A stretch of 64,000 bases of DNA from Octopus vulgaris (taxonomy: Eukaryota), in contig OX597822.1 of the NCBI GenBank assembly GCA_951406725.2, positions 40,982,001-41,046,000 of the forward strand, read 5' to 3'. Under the pieces are notes generated by a model. That model did no database searches. It was not told the DNA's origin and saw nothing but the letters and a program-made list of their open reading frames with translations. The first letter of the stretch is position 1, and each line of letters begins with the position of its first letter. Position numbers and translations under genes: made by a program. This document shows, piece after piece, positions 1 through 12,622 of the stretch.

Positions 1-139
1 AGTACTCTACAAGTTAAATAAAGTAGTCCTCACATTGCGCCTACATAAAAGATAGAGGTTGGCCACAGCTAAAACATCTTTGATTATTTGTCGGCTGACT
101 TTGGGCTAAAACGATACATTGATGAAGCTCAAGACGTAT

Positions 140-300
140 CGTATTTTAACGTGTATAAGGAACCCCTTAATTTTAGGGGCTTAAAATTTGGAAAAAAGGT
201 TTTGTAAGGGATTATAATACTATCCATAATATAAGAAACCCCCATATTTTGTGACCTAATTTTTGACAAAAACGGGTTCCTTATACACGTTAAAATACTG
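140..300. mobile_element. pogo/Tigger-like MITE
   Basis: ~25 bp terminal inverted repeats (GTATTTTAACGTGTATAAGGAACCC ... GGGTTCCTTATACACGTTAAAATAC); a second copy lies at 23047-23191. Superfamily inferred from the TIR start. Confidence 0.75.
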
Positions 301-632
301 TGTGTGTGTTTTTTTTTTTTAGATTTATTTAATTTTCCTTCATTGCAGATTTCAAGCCGGTCGCTAAAAAGGTGACAAGGCTCCCTTTTGTAAGTCAAGA
401 TAGCGCTTGGCGTCTGCGGGTTTCGGAACTGGTTAGTATGAGCATCTATTACTGAAATTCTGGATAAATTTGCACTTGTGTATAGGGTGTTCATGTTGTG
501 TTTAATACACAACTTTGAATGCTTCACTACTGTTTACGCATGCGCGTGTTTTACAAGTATGAGAGTGCACCCCAGTACGCATTTCATATAGATATGTAAC
601 TGTGTACAAGCGTTCAGCCCAGATAAAGCAAA

Positions 633-903
633 TGGAGAATCACTGGACTCACTGCCGGTGGCACGTAAAAAGCACCATCCGATCGTGGTCGATGCCAGCT
701 CCCTCTGGCCCCTGTGCCGGTGGCACGTAAAAAAGCACCCACTACACTCTCGGGGTGGTTGGCGATAGGAAGGGTATCCAGCTGTAGAAACACTGCCAGA
801 TCAGACTGGAGCCTGGTGCAGCCTCCTGGCTTCCTAGACTCCAGTCGAACCGTCCAACCCATGCCAGCATGGAAAACAGACGTTAAACGACGATGATGAT
901 GAT
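633..903 (+). mobile_element. 3' end of an RTE-type LINE or derived SINE with (GAT)n tail
   Basis: Internal repeat TGCCGGTGGCACGTAAAAA x2, motif GTTGGCGATAGGAAGGGTATCCAGCTGTAGAAA, ends in GACGATGATGATGAT. A related decayed piece is at ~49960-50090. Clade assignment is from recall. Confidence 0.6.
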
Positions 904-2493
904 TATATTCGGAGAATGCGGGGTTTTATTTATTTATTTATTTATTTTTGAAGAAACCCAGCATTTCTAGGCTTTTGTGCAAACCTGTTGTTACATAGCC
1001 TAATGCACCTATGTTAATACATATTATTAATGTATGAATCACTGTATGTTTGAACGTTCTAATGTATACAAATGTATGCAGAACTTTAAATAGGCAAGTA
1101 TGTTGATTAATCATGTGACTAAGGTTTAAAATTGCTTTATATCATACATACACCTGTACGCGAGAGTCTTTCTATAGTAGCTGTTATCTTCAAACCAGCT
1201 AAAATAACTATTTACTTCACATACATACACACACTCACTGGATGTATATAATTTTTTTTTTTCAGTGAAAGTTGTTCAGTTAGAACGAAATTCGACTGTT
1301 TCTTCAATTAGACAAACATACGCCACCAACCGTATGTAATTGAGGATGCAGCTTTAGAAATTATTACGGACCATTATTAAACCTTAATCATACCATACCA
1401 TTCCTTAACTATTCAAACTGTTCTGTCTACTAACCAAATTGCCTTCGAATGAGACAGCACGTACGCAAAACGGACTTTTCTCAGAAAAAGCAATGTTTAT
1501 AATCGATGTCGTAAGAATTAATTTATAAACTAACGAGAGAACGTGAAATAATTTTTTTTTTAAGGTCGGATCTTGAATCACATGAATAATATTGAGTATT
1601 GGATTGAAAGAACCCTTGGGTTTTTTTTTGGGGGGGGGTTGTATCCCAAAGGATTTTTCAACTCAATTTTCCCATACAATTCTTTGTAACTTTTATGTAC
1701 TTCGAGATCCACTGTTCCAAGATACAAAAACAACATTTACTGTTTATGGTATTACCAACAAAAACTCAGATACCCCATTATCTCACCTTTCCTTCTTTGC
1801 ATATAAGCGTTTGTTTGTGAGTGTATGTACGTGTATATGCATATATACATAAAATGAGCTCAATAAATGCGTAAGTATATGTATGTAGGTATATGTAGGC
1901 ATGAAGGTGATAATATGTATGCGTACATGCATGCAAATATGTGTCTGTGTGTTTGCATGCTGGTATGTATATGTGTATGTGATTATATGCGTTTATGTAT
2001 ATGCCAGTATGTGTGTATACATGCAGGCACGTATTTGAGTGTACGTGCATGTGTATGAATGCAAGTATGTAAGTAAGTATGTGTATGCATGTAGTTATGT
2101 GTTCGTTAATTCATTTACCAGCTCCTTTCGCCAAATCTTAATTTTCAAACCTAACCCCACCTCTTCTGTTAACCCTGCTCACGCACACACTCCACCCACT
2201 CCACCAATCACACCCTTCACTACCGTCACTCCCAATACCTCCCCTCGCTGTGTCCCCTCCATCACTTACAATACGCCTCATCATCATCACCACTAACTAC
2301 TGATGTCCACACACTACCACCGCCGCCGCCGCCGCCGCCAGAAGAATTATACGGATTACAAGCACAACCACTGGTAGAACCCAATCACCCACCGCTACAC
2401 ACAACCACCACACCACTATTACCACCAATATAAAACGAAACACTCGACCTGCTAGAAATAGCAGCCAAATCTCTTTAAAACTATACTCCAATG

Positions 2494-2713
2494 CAGTGGT
2501 TTTCAACTTGGGTTCCGCGGAACCGTAGGGTTCCGCCAGTACAGTCCGGGGGTTCCGCAAGAAGTTACAAAACTGCTAAAGTCGGCAGTAATTTTTAATT
2601 CTCCTGTTCAGATATGTGTGCATAACACTATTAAATTATTGCACATGGGTTCCTCGAGCTAGTGGAATGCTTCCTTGGGGGTTCCGCTCCAGCAAAAAGT
2701 TTGAAAAGCACTG
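2494..2713. mobile_element. hAT (Charlie-like) MITE
   Basis: TIR CAGTGGTTTTCAA ... TTGAAAAGCACTG; perfect 8-bp TSD CTCCAATG at 2486-2493 and 2714-2721. Confidence 0.92.
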
Positions 2714-2739
2714 CTCCAATGACTTAAATAAGCAAGAGC

Positions 2740-2838
2740 ACATTGGATGTAGTCCTTCAGGACAGTATTTTTTGCGGATGGCATTGTAAATTGTTTTAGC
2801 AACAACATCGTGCTGCGTAAGGAGGTAGTACCGTGATA
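2740..2838 (-). mobile_element. Fragment of a restriction-like-endonuclease non-LTR retrotransposon (R4-like)
   Basis: Translates SRYYLLTQHDVVAKTIYNAIRKK, matching the Y..RHD.VA..I motif that follows the CCHC finger in R2/R4-type ORFs. Confidence 0.6.
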
Positions 2839-2853
2839 CACACATGTATGTAC

Positions 2854-2926
<73 letters not shown>

Positions 2927-3615
2927 TGTGTGTGTGTGTGTGTGTACACCGCAAATGGTCCTGCCTTCTGCAACAGTATCCCGAAGGAAATTAAAATAGA
3001 AGAAAGACCTCACAACATTCAAACCTTACCCGGACAAATCCAGACAAAATCACCAACACCCGGATACATTTCAGCCAACGACAAACCCTTTGCTCGACGG
3101 TGTCAGCGCTGACCCGAAACATGACTTAGAAGCAGACCTTTCCAGGAGGTACTTATTATTTTAAGCCGACCGATATCGGCTGAAGCCGGTAATAACCCAA
3201 ACCGATCTCACTTATGCAAGTTACGTGCATGTGCGTGTGTATGTGTGTGCGTATGTGAGAAAGAAAGAAAGAAATGAAGAAATAAAAGAAAGGGGAGGTG
3301 AAATTATTTGGCAAGGATTCAGTTATAGTCGGGAATATCACCTCCCTTCTCATGATTTCACCAAACTTTTTACCTGGGACTTATTAAACGAAGAGTACTT
3401 TCAATCATTCATAAAAGGTCACACAAAAACAAAAACAAAAAGAGCTTGATATCTCGGAGCTCGGCAACAAGGTCCTTCATCTCCCAGACATATGACGGAA
3501 CCATTGTTTACACAAGTTCTGTTTGTTGCTTATTTGGGAATCTTACAAAAAAACGCACTTCTTACACTTGGCAACGGAATCACATCGTATCTGTTTGTAT
3601 TTGTGCTCCCCCATT

Positions 3616-3660
<45 letters not shown>

Positions 3661-3797
3661 AACCGCCTCACCCTGCAGAAGGAAAGAGGACAGGAAAACA
3701 AACAGAAATACAACACCGTCCCTGCAGTATTAGTCGCAAGTCAAAACGGACATTTCATTCAAAGAACCGACATTATCATTACTATCGCCGCCATCTA

Positions 3798-3833
<36 letters not shown>

Positions 3834-4162
3834 GATAGACAAGTTATAAAAAGCGTGTTGGACGTTGATAAGGAGAGAGACAGAAAGGAGAAGAAAAAGA
3901 AGAGACAGATAGTTATCCGAAAGTCAGATGATGGAAAAATGAGGATACGTAAAATACGTATACACACATCTACACACTTTGACTGGTTTCAGCCAAAAGC
4001 TGAGGCTAGGCTGGGGCACCACCTTTAGTGTGTGTGTGTGCGTGTGCGTGCATGTGTTTTTCACATTCACTTCTCGACTTTCTTTCCGGAACTGTTTCTG
4101 GTAAAGTAGCGAGCCGCGATGTGGGTTCAATTGGTACCCCAAAATAAAAATTTATACAAATG

Positions 4163-4400
4163 TTCTTTGAAAACAACCACATCTACACTCGCAGATCCTG
4201 AAGCTGTTTGACAGAGGATTAAAAGGCTGTGGACCCTCGAAACCTAAGCCGTTACAGAGCGGTGCCCTTACTCAAGATGAGGAGGACGGATTCTGTGGCA
4301 CACACATACCGCACGTTCTTGAAAACAACCACATCTACACTTCGCAGATCCTGAGGTTGCTTGACGGAGGATTCAAAGGCTGCGGACCTCTGAAACCTAG
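4163..4400. repeat. Diverged ~85 bp direct duplication in a possible LTR-like remnant
   Basis: TTGAAAACAACCACATCTACACT(T)CGCAGATCCTGA...GAAACCTA occurs at ~4167 and ~4319. Confidence 0.7.
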
Positions 4401-4896
4401 GACCGAATCTACGGTACAAACACACACAACAAACAGAGAGAGAGAGAGGCAGAGAGAAGGAGGTTGTTACTTCTGAAATTATTTACTTATGCCATTCTTA
4501 CACGTGTTTAAATGGAGATTTTAAGACCTAGTTAAATACATAATCTCCGCCAGATGTATATATAATATCTTGATGTCATCAGAGCTAGTTCCGAAATAAA
4601 CTTAGCTGATATGAAAATATAACAAAATATACTTGAGGTTATGATTTTATAATTCGGCATTAAAATCTTCACTGCAACACTTGAAAAAAATAAACAAATT
4701 CTTACAAAAAACCAGTTTTGTTTTCCTCTCACTCTTGCACCCCCCCCCCGCACCATATTATACGGCAAATTAGAAAATGGAGAGGATAAACGATCGACAA
4801 ACATTCAATTGTATCTATTTATTGATTACAATCATATGTGAAAGTGAGCCAAATAAGCAAATAAATAAGTAAATAAATATATAAAAAAATAATATA

Positions 4897-5059
4897 GGCG
4901 CAGGAGTGGCTGTGTGGTAAGTAGCTTGCTAACCAACCACATGGTAGCGGGTTCAGTCCCACTGCGTGGCATCTTGGGCAAGTGTCTTCTGCTATAGCCC
5001 CGGGCCGACCAATGCCTTGTGAGTGGATTTGGTAGACGGAAACTGAAAGAAGCCTGTCG

Positions 5060-5123
<64 letters not shown>

Positions 5124-5305
5124 TGTGTCTGTGTTTCTCCCCCTAGCATTCCGTCACTTAGCGGTTCGGCAAAAGAGACCGATAGAATAAGTACTGGGCT
5201 TACAAAGAATAAGTCCCGGGGTCGATTTGCTCGATTAAAGGCGGTGCTCCAGCATGGTCGCAGTCAAATGAGTGAAACAAGTAAAAGAGTAAAAGAGAGT
5301 AAGAG
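4897..5305 (+). mobile_element. tRNA-derived SINE family A (bipartite, internal TA/TG microsatellite)
   Basis: A-box-like TGGCTGTGTGG, B-box-like GGTTCAGTCCC, CORE-like CTTGGGCAAGTG, then (TA)n(TG)n and a right arm ending GAAACAAGTAAAAGAG. More than 15 related copies occur in the window. Confidence 0.88.
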
Positions 5306-5336
5306 ATTAAAAATAAACGAGTGTACAAATACTAAA

Positions 5337-5449
5337 CCCTTACAGCTGTTTCTACCATGTTTTCCATAGCACGCCAGTGATATACAGGGATGAACAAACA
5401 TTGGACAGGGGTTGGACAATGGTTAAGCCCCAAGCGCTTCGTCAGAGAG
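5337..5449 (-). ncRNA. Degenerate PLE-type hammerhead motif
   Basis: Minus strand reads CUCU CUGACGA ... GAAA CAGCUG UA AGGG. Palindromic stem III and stem I are present, but stem II does not close. Confidence 0.5.
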
Positions 5450-5843
5450 ATCAAATGTTAGGAAGCTAACAATGTGGGGAAGTAAGTTACAAAAAATAAA
5501 GTAAAATAAAATTTTAAAAATATATAATAGAAACAGTAAAGAATGGTAAGAACATCATTTCGTGGTGCTAGTATAATCCATGTAATTACATCTTAGGGTG
5601 AAGAAAGTCACTTGCAAGAGAAAATTCCGCGGGCTGTGAGGCTTACATCGTGTTTCAATTATATTGGGGGAAATAGCGAAGGTAAGACGTTGTATAGTGA
5701 GTTTAATAGTATGGTCCAATTCTTTTTATAATGCTCTATTAAATAGAAGTTAGCCTTTAACTTCTGACCCGTGATATCGTATTAATTTTTTTACCTTAAT
5801 TGGTTTTACATGCTGGCTTGATAAAATCTTATTCAGATTTTAT

Positions 5844-5909
<66 letters not shown>

Positions 5910-5912
<3 letters not shown>

Positions 5913-6023
5913 AAGAGAGAGACCACATGTGGTCACTCTAACGCTAGAAATAGATCCGCAAAGGGAATCCACCACTTATCTATTTCTAGCGTTAGAGTGA
6001 CCACATGTGGTCTCTCTCTTATT
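5910..6023. repeat. Perfect 46-bp inverted repeat with 22-nt spacer
   Basis: 5910-5955 is the exact reverse complement of 5978-6023; each arm contains the palindrome GACCACATGTGGTC. Confidence 0.95.
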
Positions 6024-6129
6024 ACTTGTATTAATGATTTTTACTGTATCACAGTTTTTTTACGCTAGGCCACTTGGTGTTTTAAATTGCTGTTATTAAT
6101 TAATATTCAATTTTTTCACCCTTATTGTG

Positions 6130-6198
<69 letters not shown>

Positions 6199-6390
6199 AT
6201 GAATGAATTATCCTTTGTTTACCGTTAACATGGAAAATTCAATAAACAGTTACCAGGGTAGCAAAATTCACGCAAGTAAGAAGGGTGTAGCGACCTATTC
6301 AAAGGTAGAAACTCCGGGTTAATGTGCAGTAATTTGTATAGTATAAGTAAATAAATGGAGTTGAACGCAGATGCTATTCAAATTCTTTTA

Positions 6391-6473
6391 CTTTCGACAT
6401 ATGTTTCGAAGACAACATTGGTTTTAGTCCAAAGGAATAAACGGTTTAAAATGCAATCTTCTCATCAGGAAAG
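6391..6473 (-). ncRNA. Minimal type I hammerhead ribozyme (PLE pseudo-LTR)
   Basis: Minus strand reads CUUUC-CUGAUGA-GAAGA...UCUUC-GAAA-CAUAUG-UC-GAAAG. All core nucleotides are present, stems I and II are 5 bp, stem III is palindromic (ACAUAUGU), and the cleavage triplet is GUC. Confidence 0.85.
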
Positions 6474-6745
6474 AAAGAGAACCTATCACAACAAGACATT
6501 ATAACAATTTTGATGACTGCATAAATGATAAACAGAATGCTATTAAGTATTTAAAAAAAAACCGTTAGTAGATCCGACATCAAAGGCAGACCCTAGGAAG
6601 AGAAGGGGTAAAGAAATAATAAGTAGAGAACAAATAAAGAGGGATATATTGGTTGAAAAAATGTTCAAAGGCTTGGAAGTAGATTTCTCTATTGAAGTAA
6701 AGTGCAAGTTGAACTAAATGTTCAAACTATAAAGTCTGGTAAAAA

Positions 6746-7124
6746 TCACTTATATGAGCTAAAGGTATGTTTCTGCCAGTGCTTACATTTGTAAGATCGC
6801 TCCATAAGTGTGTTAACAAGGTGATTCTTAGAGAAGAAAATATGGAAGAGTTCAGAGTTGCAAATGTTACAAAATCCTTTGCCCTTATCATAAGGGAAAG
6901 ATATGGACAGGATGAACCAATCTAACTTAAAATCCTTATTGTTGTCTTTAAGATACCAATTTACTTAGCCCTGTGCTATAACGTTCTTTCCTAAATGAAG
7001 AATAATGATTGGAAATTCTCTTAGATAACTGGGAAGAGGATGCGCCAATGTAGAAGTAGACATCGGTACCGCAAGAAATTTTACATTGGTATATAGAATT
7101 CTTAATCTTAGAATTATTAGACAT
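6746..7124 (-). pseudogene. Frameshifted GIY-YIG endonuclease of a Penelope-like retroelement
   Basis: Manual translation: MSNNSKIKNSIYQCKISCGTDVYFYIGASSSQLSKRISNHYSSFRKERYSTGLSK / WYLKDNNKDFKLDWFILSISFPYDKGKGFCNICNSELFHIFFSKNHLVNTLMERSYKCKHWQKHTFSSYK*. It shows SIY...YIG, R...H..SF, CxxC..E and C.H motifs, with one frameshift near 6955-6960. Confidence 0.88.
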
Positions 7125-7185
7125 AAATTAAATTCTGTTGGGGTTGTCCTCAGGGACCAAAACTATGTTTTTATTGCTATTATTA

Positions 7186-7228
<43 letters not shown>

Positions 7229-7231
<3 letters not shown>

Positions 7232-7330
7232 GTGAAGAGCTGGTATTAACAAAATAATACCAGTCTGCTAAATAAAAGTTCATTTTCTGAGAGTTTCAGC
7301 ACTAATTTTGTTAACACCAGCCCTTCACAT
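7229..7330. repeat. ~28-bp imperfect inverted repeat flanked by (TTA)n/(TAA)n
   Basis: TATGTGAAGAGCTGGTATTAACAAAAT versus ATTTTGTTAACACCAGCCCTTCACATA. Confidence 0.8.
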
Positions 7331-7382
7331 AATAATAATAACAATACAAATACACACACATGCGCGCACGTGAGGGTGGGAA

Positions 7383-7500
7383 GGAGCTTCTTTCAGTTTC
7401 CGTCCACCAAATTCACACATAAAGCTTTGGTCAGCCTGAAGCTATAGTAGAAGAGTGCCACGCAGTGGGACAGAAGCCGGAATCATGTGGTTGGGAAGCA
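7383..7500 (-). mobile_element. SINE family A left-arm fragment
   Basis: GCTTCTTTCAGTTTCCGTC...GCCACGCAGTGGGAC, reverse complement of the 4897 copy. Confidence 0.75.
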
Positions 7501-7698
7501 GACTCGTCCAAGCTATGGCGGAGAACAGAGAGAGAGAGAGAGAGAGGGAGGGAGAGAGGACAACGAGAGACGGAAAAACATGAGATATGTAGAAGTGATA
7601 AGAGAAAGACAGTTACAGTTTTATGTGACAGCGAAGTAAAGGCTCATTGATAAAAGTATACGGGGAGGGAAGGGTGTGAGGAGCGTGCAGTATATAAA

Positions 7699-7760
<62 letters not shown>

Positions 7761-8099
7761 TTAATAGCAATGGAAGTCGACTACCGACTGTCTGGATGGG
7801 GTTGTGGGAGAGTGTAGATGGCGGACTGAGATAGCCGTGTCAAAAATGGCGGCGCTAGAAGAGACAGCAAGTTATTGTGATCGGTGGACATGGCGCTAAT
7901 GATGGAGGATAGATAACAAGGATTTATGTGTAGGACTGGGAGGTAGAGAAGGTTGCTTAGTGTATGTGTGTATATCATCTATACATATATATATATATAC
8001 ATATATACGAGTGGGTGGGTGTCTGTATGCATGCATGTATATGTGGGTGTTTGATGAATGTAAATTGTTGGATTGGGTTAAATGCACACACACACACAC

Positions 8100-8152
<53 letters not shown>

Positions 8153-8270
8153 TTTACATGTAGAAAGAGAGAGAGAGACGAGGGAGGAAAGAAATGGAAA
8201 CAAAATCAGATAGAAACAAAACAAATATATCTATGTATTTGTTTCTAAATTGCATACATACGTACATTGA

Positions 8271-8313
<43 letters not shown>

Positions 8314-8476
8314 TACAACCTCTCTTTTTCTCTTAACATTGTGTGCGTGTGCGTGTGTGTAGCGTGGACAACGTAAATCTTTCGTAGCTCACCAGATCCG
8401 TCGCCATACAATAAGAAATGTAAAGAAACACCCATTTTTCTTTCCATCCTTAAACAGACATATAAATTTTTACGAA

Positions 8477-8510
8477 GCTAGTTTCAAATCTTTTGATTCT
8501 CATCAGTGAG
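8477..8510 (-). ncRNA. Degenerate hammerhead core
   Basis: Minus strand reads CUGAUGA GAAUC AAAA GAUUU GAAA CUAG C. Stem II is intact; stem I and U16.1 are not conserved. Confidence 0.4.
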
Positions 8511-9540
8511 TGATAGTAGAACACCATTTGATCTGCCCCACCACAGAGAAAAATATGGTTAATAGCTACATTTAGTCACAACAAAATGTACTAAGTTTTC
8601 TCAACCAATTGGTTCGGTTTACATAAAGTGCTTTTCTCTCCCCCCCTTTCTCTCTCTCTCTCTCCAGTAATACCACTGTATGTATGCGTGTGCATGCATA
8701 TACACACACAGACGCGCTTCATACATAGAAAAGCGTTCACATGGAACCACTATACCTGCGATGCAAGTCGAAATAGCAGCAACAGCAAGGTACACTAGTT
8801 GTGTTGATTATATAGAGAGAAGTGAGGGGTGGAGAGACAGCGATATCGATAAAACCAGGCGTCAGCTTTCCATTGAGGGAGGTCAGCATTGTTTAATATT
8901 CACCGATGCCTGTCATTTTCACAGACACACAAAACTTATTCATAGATACATATAAACAAGCATTGAGGTATGTACCATCGACATGTATTTAATACAATTA
9001 GATAGGCATCTATATACAAATGTGTAAATATGTACTTGAATGTATGAGTGTGATAGTGTATGTGTGTGTACGCGCGTGTAATAAATCCTATCTATATGTT
9101 TCATGTACGTATAGAGCGGGTTTATTATCAAAAATGGATCGCATACTTAAAATACACCACTTTCACCTGCACACCATCTCGCCCCTCCTCTTCGTCCCTC
9201 ATTGTCCAGTGTTACTTCGCTACATGGTCTAAAGCTAGGACAGACCACTGACCGCGTGACCTGAAATTCTTTTTACCCTTTTCTTCGTCAGTGAACCAAC
9301 GACTAAGGTAAGCTCAACGCGGCAACAGAACGTGCTAGATATAACTAGCAAATCTTAAAATCGCACCCAGAAGTCTTGGAAAATTTATTTGAAAAATAAA
9401 CGGGATGGTCATCCATGGAATACCTCTGATCATAAGTCTGCTGAAGTAGAGCTGGTCTAGGGCTAAACCACAATTTGGTGAAGAACAAATTCTTTAGAGA
9501 AAGTAAGCACTTGACCGTGTACAAGAACCCAGCTTTAATC

Positions 9541-9720
9541 TTACTCTTTTACTTGTTTCAGTCATTTGACTGTGGCCATGCTGGAGCACCGCCTTTAGTT
9601 GAGCAAATCGACTTATTCTTTGTAAGCCTAGTACTTATTCTATCGGCCTCTTTTGCTAAGTTACGGGAGACGTAAACACACCAGCATCAGTTGTCAAGCG
9701 ATGTGGGGGGGGGGGGAGCA
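9541..9720 (-). mobile_element. SINE family A right arm
   Basis: CTTTTACTTGTTTCAGTCATTTGACTGTGGCCATGCTGGAGCACCGCC... Confidence 0.8.
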
Positions 9721-9733
9721 GACACACACACAC

Positions 9734-9855
9734 ACATTGATTGCTCCTGCCGATTACGTTAAGAGTACAACTGTCTGTATAATATTCAGCCACGGACATT
9801 GATTGCTCCAGCTGATTACGTTAAAAGTACAAGCGTCTGTGGAATGTCCAATCAC
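9734..9855. repeat. Two-copy ~62 bp tandem duplication
   Basis: ACATTGATTGCTCC..GATTACGTTAA.AGTACAA..GTCTGT occurs twice. Confidence 0.8.
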
Positions 9856-10385
9856 TAACATTATACTTTCACTAAGATGATAATTTTGTTGATCGAACAA
9901 CTACAAAAACTAAACCCTATTGCTTGCTAATCTAGCATCGTAAAATTCTGTCTTATTCGTCTACGGTTTCCTTTACACTATTGGAACATCCTACAGTAAT
10001 CGGTGACACAGTATTATGTATAATCTACAGATTGCAAGAAGAGCCGAAGTGGTCTGACTATGGCAGCTATGGTGAATAGAGCAGGAAAAAGAGTGAGAAG
10101 TTATGCATAGGAAGGATGGGGTGAGGAAGAGGGATATGTATAACGTTTCAGGCAAAGTTGCTCACTCGGTAAAGCAAGACCCCCTCCCCTCGTCTCTCAC
10201 TCTTTCATATATGTATATTTGCGTACAAATGCGTGTATAGGCATCTATTTACGTGTGTATATACGCATGGAAGGAAAGAGAGAGCGAGAGTGAGAAAGAT
10301 ATTTCAAATATTAGATATTTCCTCCCTTCATGCTACACTAATATACTTCACATTATTTTTATTTATGCGAGTGTTGGTTTCATAT

Positions 10386-10433
<48 letters not shown>

Positions 10434-10940
10434 ATTTGTGTATGGACATTTGTCATTGTCATTAATTATGTATACGCTTCGTACTTATATGACAAATACA
10501 CATTACAGAAATCTATAAGACATACACATACACACACTATAGGAAATGTGCATAGATAAAATATACCATATATATATGTGTGTGTGTGTATGGTTATGTA
10601 TAAACGCGAGACAGAGCAGCAGAAGTCGAGTGGGGTGGAGACAGGAAAGGTGACGTGGTGTGTGAGGTGTCCTTGTGGTAATCTGAGCACCCAAACGACG
10701 TCTGAACGGTACAAACAGTAATTAGAACAGTGTGCAAATAGAGGGTACGTACCCTGATATCCCTGAGACATTTAGGGTAGGAGACACTTCAGCTACAGTC
10801 GAGTAGACCACTATTTTAACTACAGCATTAGCACCAACATTTAAAGACGATGTCCCCACCACTTCCACTACCGCCAACACTGGCTTGAGGACAACCGCCA
10901 CAGCTAATAATTAAGCCAACACTAATTACATTGGATAGTG

Positions 10941-11185
10941 GAGGCGCGTAGCTTAGTGGTTAGGGTGTTGGACTTATGATCGTAAGATTGCGGTTTCGAT
11001 TCCTGGACCAGGTGGCGCGTTGTACTGTTAAACAAGACACTTCATTTCACGTTGCTTCGGTCCACTTAGCTGGAAAAAATGGGTAATCCTGTGACGGATT
11101 GACGTCCCGTGCAAGTGGCGAATAAATACGCCATGGATATCGGGAAACCGATCCTACGAGTTTCCATAGCACAAAAAGGAATTTT
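10941..11185 (+). mobile_element. tRNA-derived SINE family D
   Basis: GGCGCGTAGCTTAGTGGTTAG (A box), GTTTCGATTCC (B box), CAAGACACTTCATTTCACGTTGCT. Related copies at 17817-18090 (+) and ~42225-42545 (-). Confidence 0.78.
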
Positions 11186-11254
11186 ACCTGTTTTAATTAT
11201 AATGGGACAAACACCAACACGGCGGCCAATACTACGTTTAGTAATGTAATCATG

Positions 11255-11705
11255 GACGCAGGAGACGTGGCTGTGTGGTTCTCAACCACATGGTCCCAGG
11301 TTCAGTCCCACTGCATGGCACCTCGACCAAGAGGTGCCATGGGCAAGTGGTGCCACTATATAGACTGAATTCAACTAAAGCTTTGTCAGTGGATTTGTTA
11401 GATGGAAACTAAAAGAAGCAAAGCCTGGTGTTGTGCCTCAGATCCTGAAGTGCCATGTCAAGAGCTTCAAAGGAAACCTTATGGTTCATTGTCGGTGTGT
11501 GTGTATGTTTGTCCCCCAATACCGCTTGACAACTGGTGTTGGAGTGTTTACGCCCCCATAACCTAGAGATTTGGCTAAAGGAAACTGACAGAATAAGTAC
11601 CGGACCTTAAAGAAAAAAAAAGCGTACTGGGATCGATTCGTTCGATTAAAGACTAATCAAGGCGGTGCCCGACATAGCCACAGTCTAATGCCCGAAACAA
11701 GCCAG
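11255..11705 (+). mobile_element. SINE family A, diverged
   Basis: Both arms are recognisable, with indels. Confidence 0.75.
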
Positions 11706-12027
11706 AGAAGATCACCACCACTGTAGCTTGTGGGTCTTACTGTAACACTACATCCAACACTATACATAGTAATACGAACACTATCAACACCACCACAAAT
11801 AATTATAGGACAAGTAACATAAAGAACGACCCTTCATCAGTTGTCGGGTTTTCGACTACATTACCCAATGTATATATGAATAATGAACAGAGATGGTCAC
11901 AGTTCAAGCGTCTTGGACTATGCTGGATCTGAACTTATAACTAATTCTACTAATATGTGTGTGTGTGTGTGTGTGTGTGTGTTTAGATATACATGAGCGT
12001 ATGTTTATATATGCACGTATGTATTTA

Positions 12028-12570
12028 TAAGGATGTCCCAAAATTAACTATTTCAATGAAATCGGGCAATTTTTTTTTCTAATGACAGAATTTTATATTT
12101 ATTGCTGAATTATGATACCACAAAAAAAAAAAGAAGAAAAAGATTTATAAATCTTACGTCAAAACTTAATCTGAAATTTGCAACAAATGCTCCGTCTGTA
12201 TCCCTGCAAATTTCAAACCTATCCTTAGCATCGCAAAACACATTTTGAAACAATTCGGGAGTTATCTCCTGCACTACTGAGTGAATGAGTTCTTTTAAGT
12301 TCTGCTAAATTATTACTCCATCCTGGGGATGAAGGAGGAGAAAATGACTGCATCTAGATTCATAAAAAAAAAAAAGCTGTCGTGGAGAGATAAGCGAGAT
12401 CCAACAGGAATGAAAACGAAATTATAAAAATATTATAAAAATAAAATTATTAACAAAATTGAGAATTTATGCACTTTAACACATATTAGATATGATAAAC
12501 ATAAATAAAAGTGAGTTTTTTTTTTAAATTGCCTGATTTCACTGAAATTGCTAGTTAATTCTAGGACACC

Positions 12571-12573
<3 letters not shown>
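12028..12573 (-). mobile_element. Tc1/mariner deletion derivative with transposase C-terminal remnant
   Basis: Degenerate long TIRs (AGGATGTCCCAAAATTAACTA ... TAGTTAATTCTAGGACACCCTG). Minus strand ~12170-12315 translates NNLAELK/ELIHSVVQEITPELFQNVFCDAKDRFEICRDTDGAFV, typical of Tc1/mariner C-termini. Confidence 0.75.

Positions 12574-12622
<49 letters not shown>

Noticed and set aside
4092-4502. Solo LTR (TGT...ACA ends)
   Set aside because: No matching TSD, PBS or PPT found.
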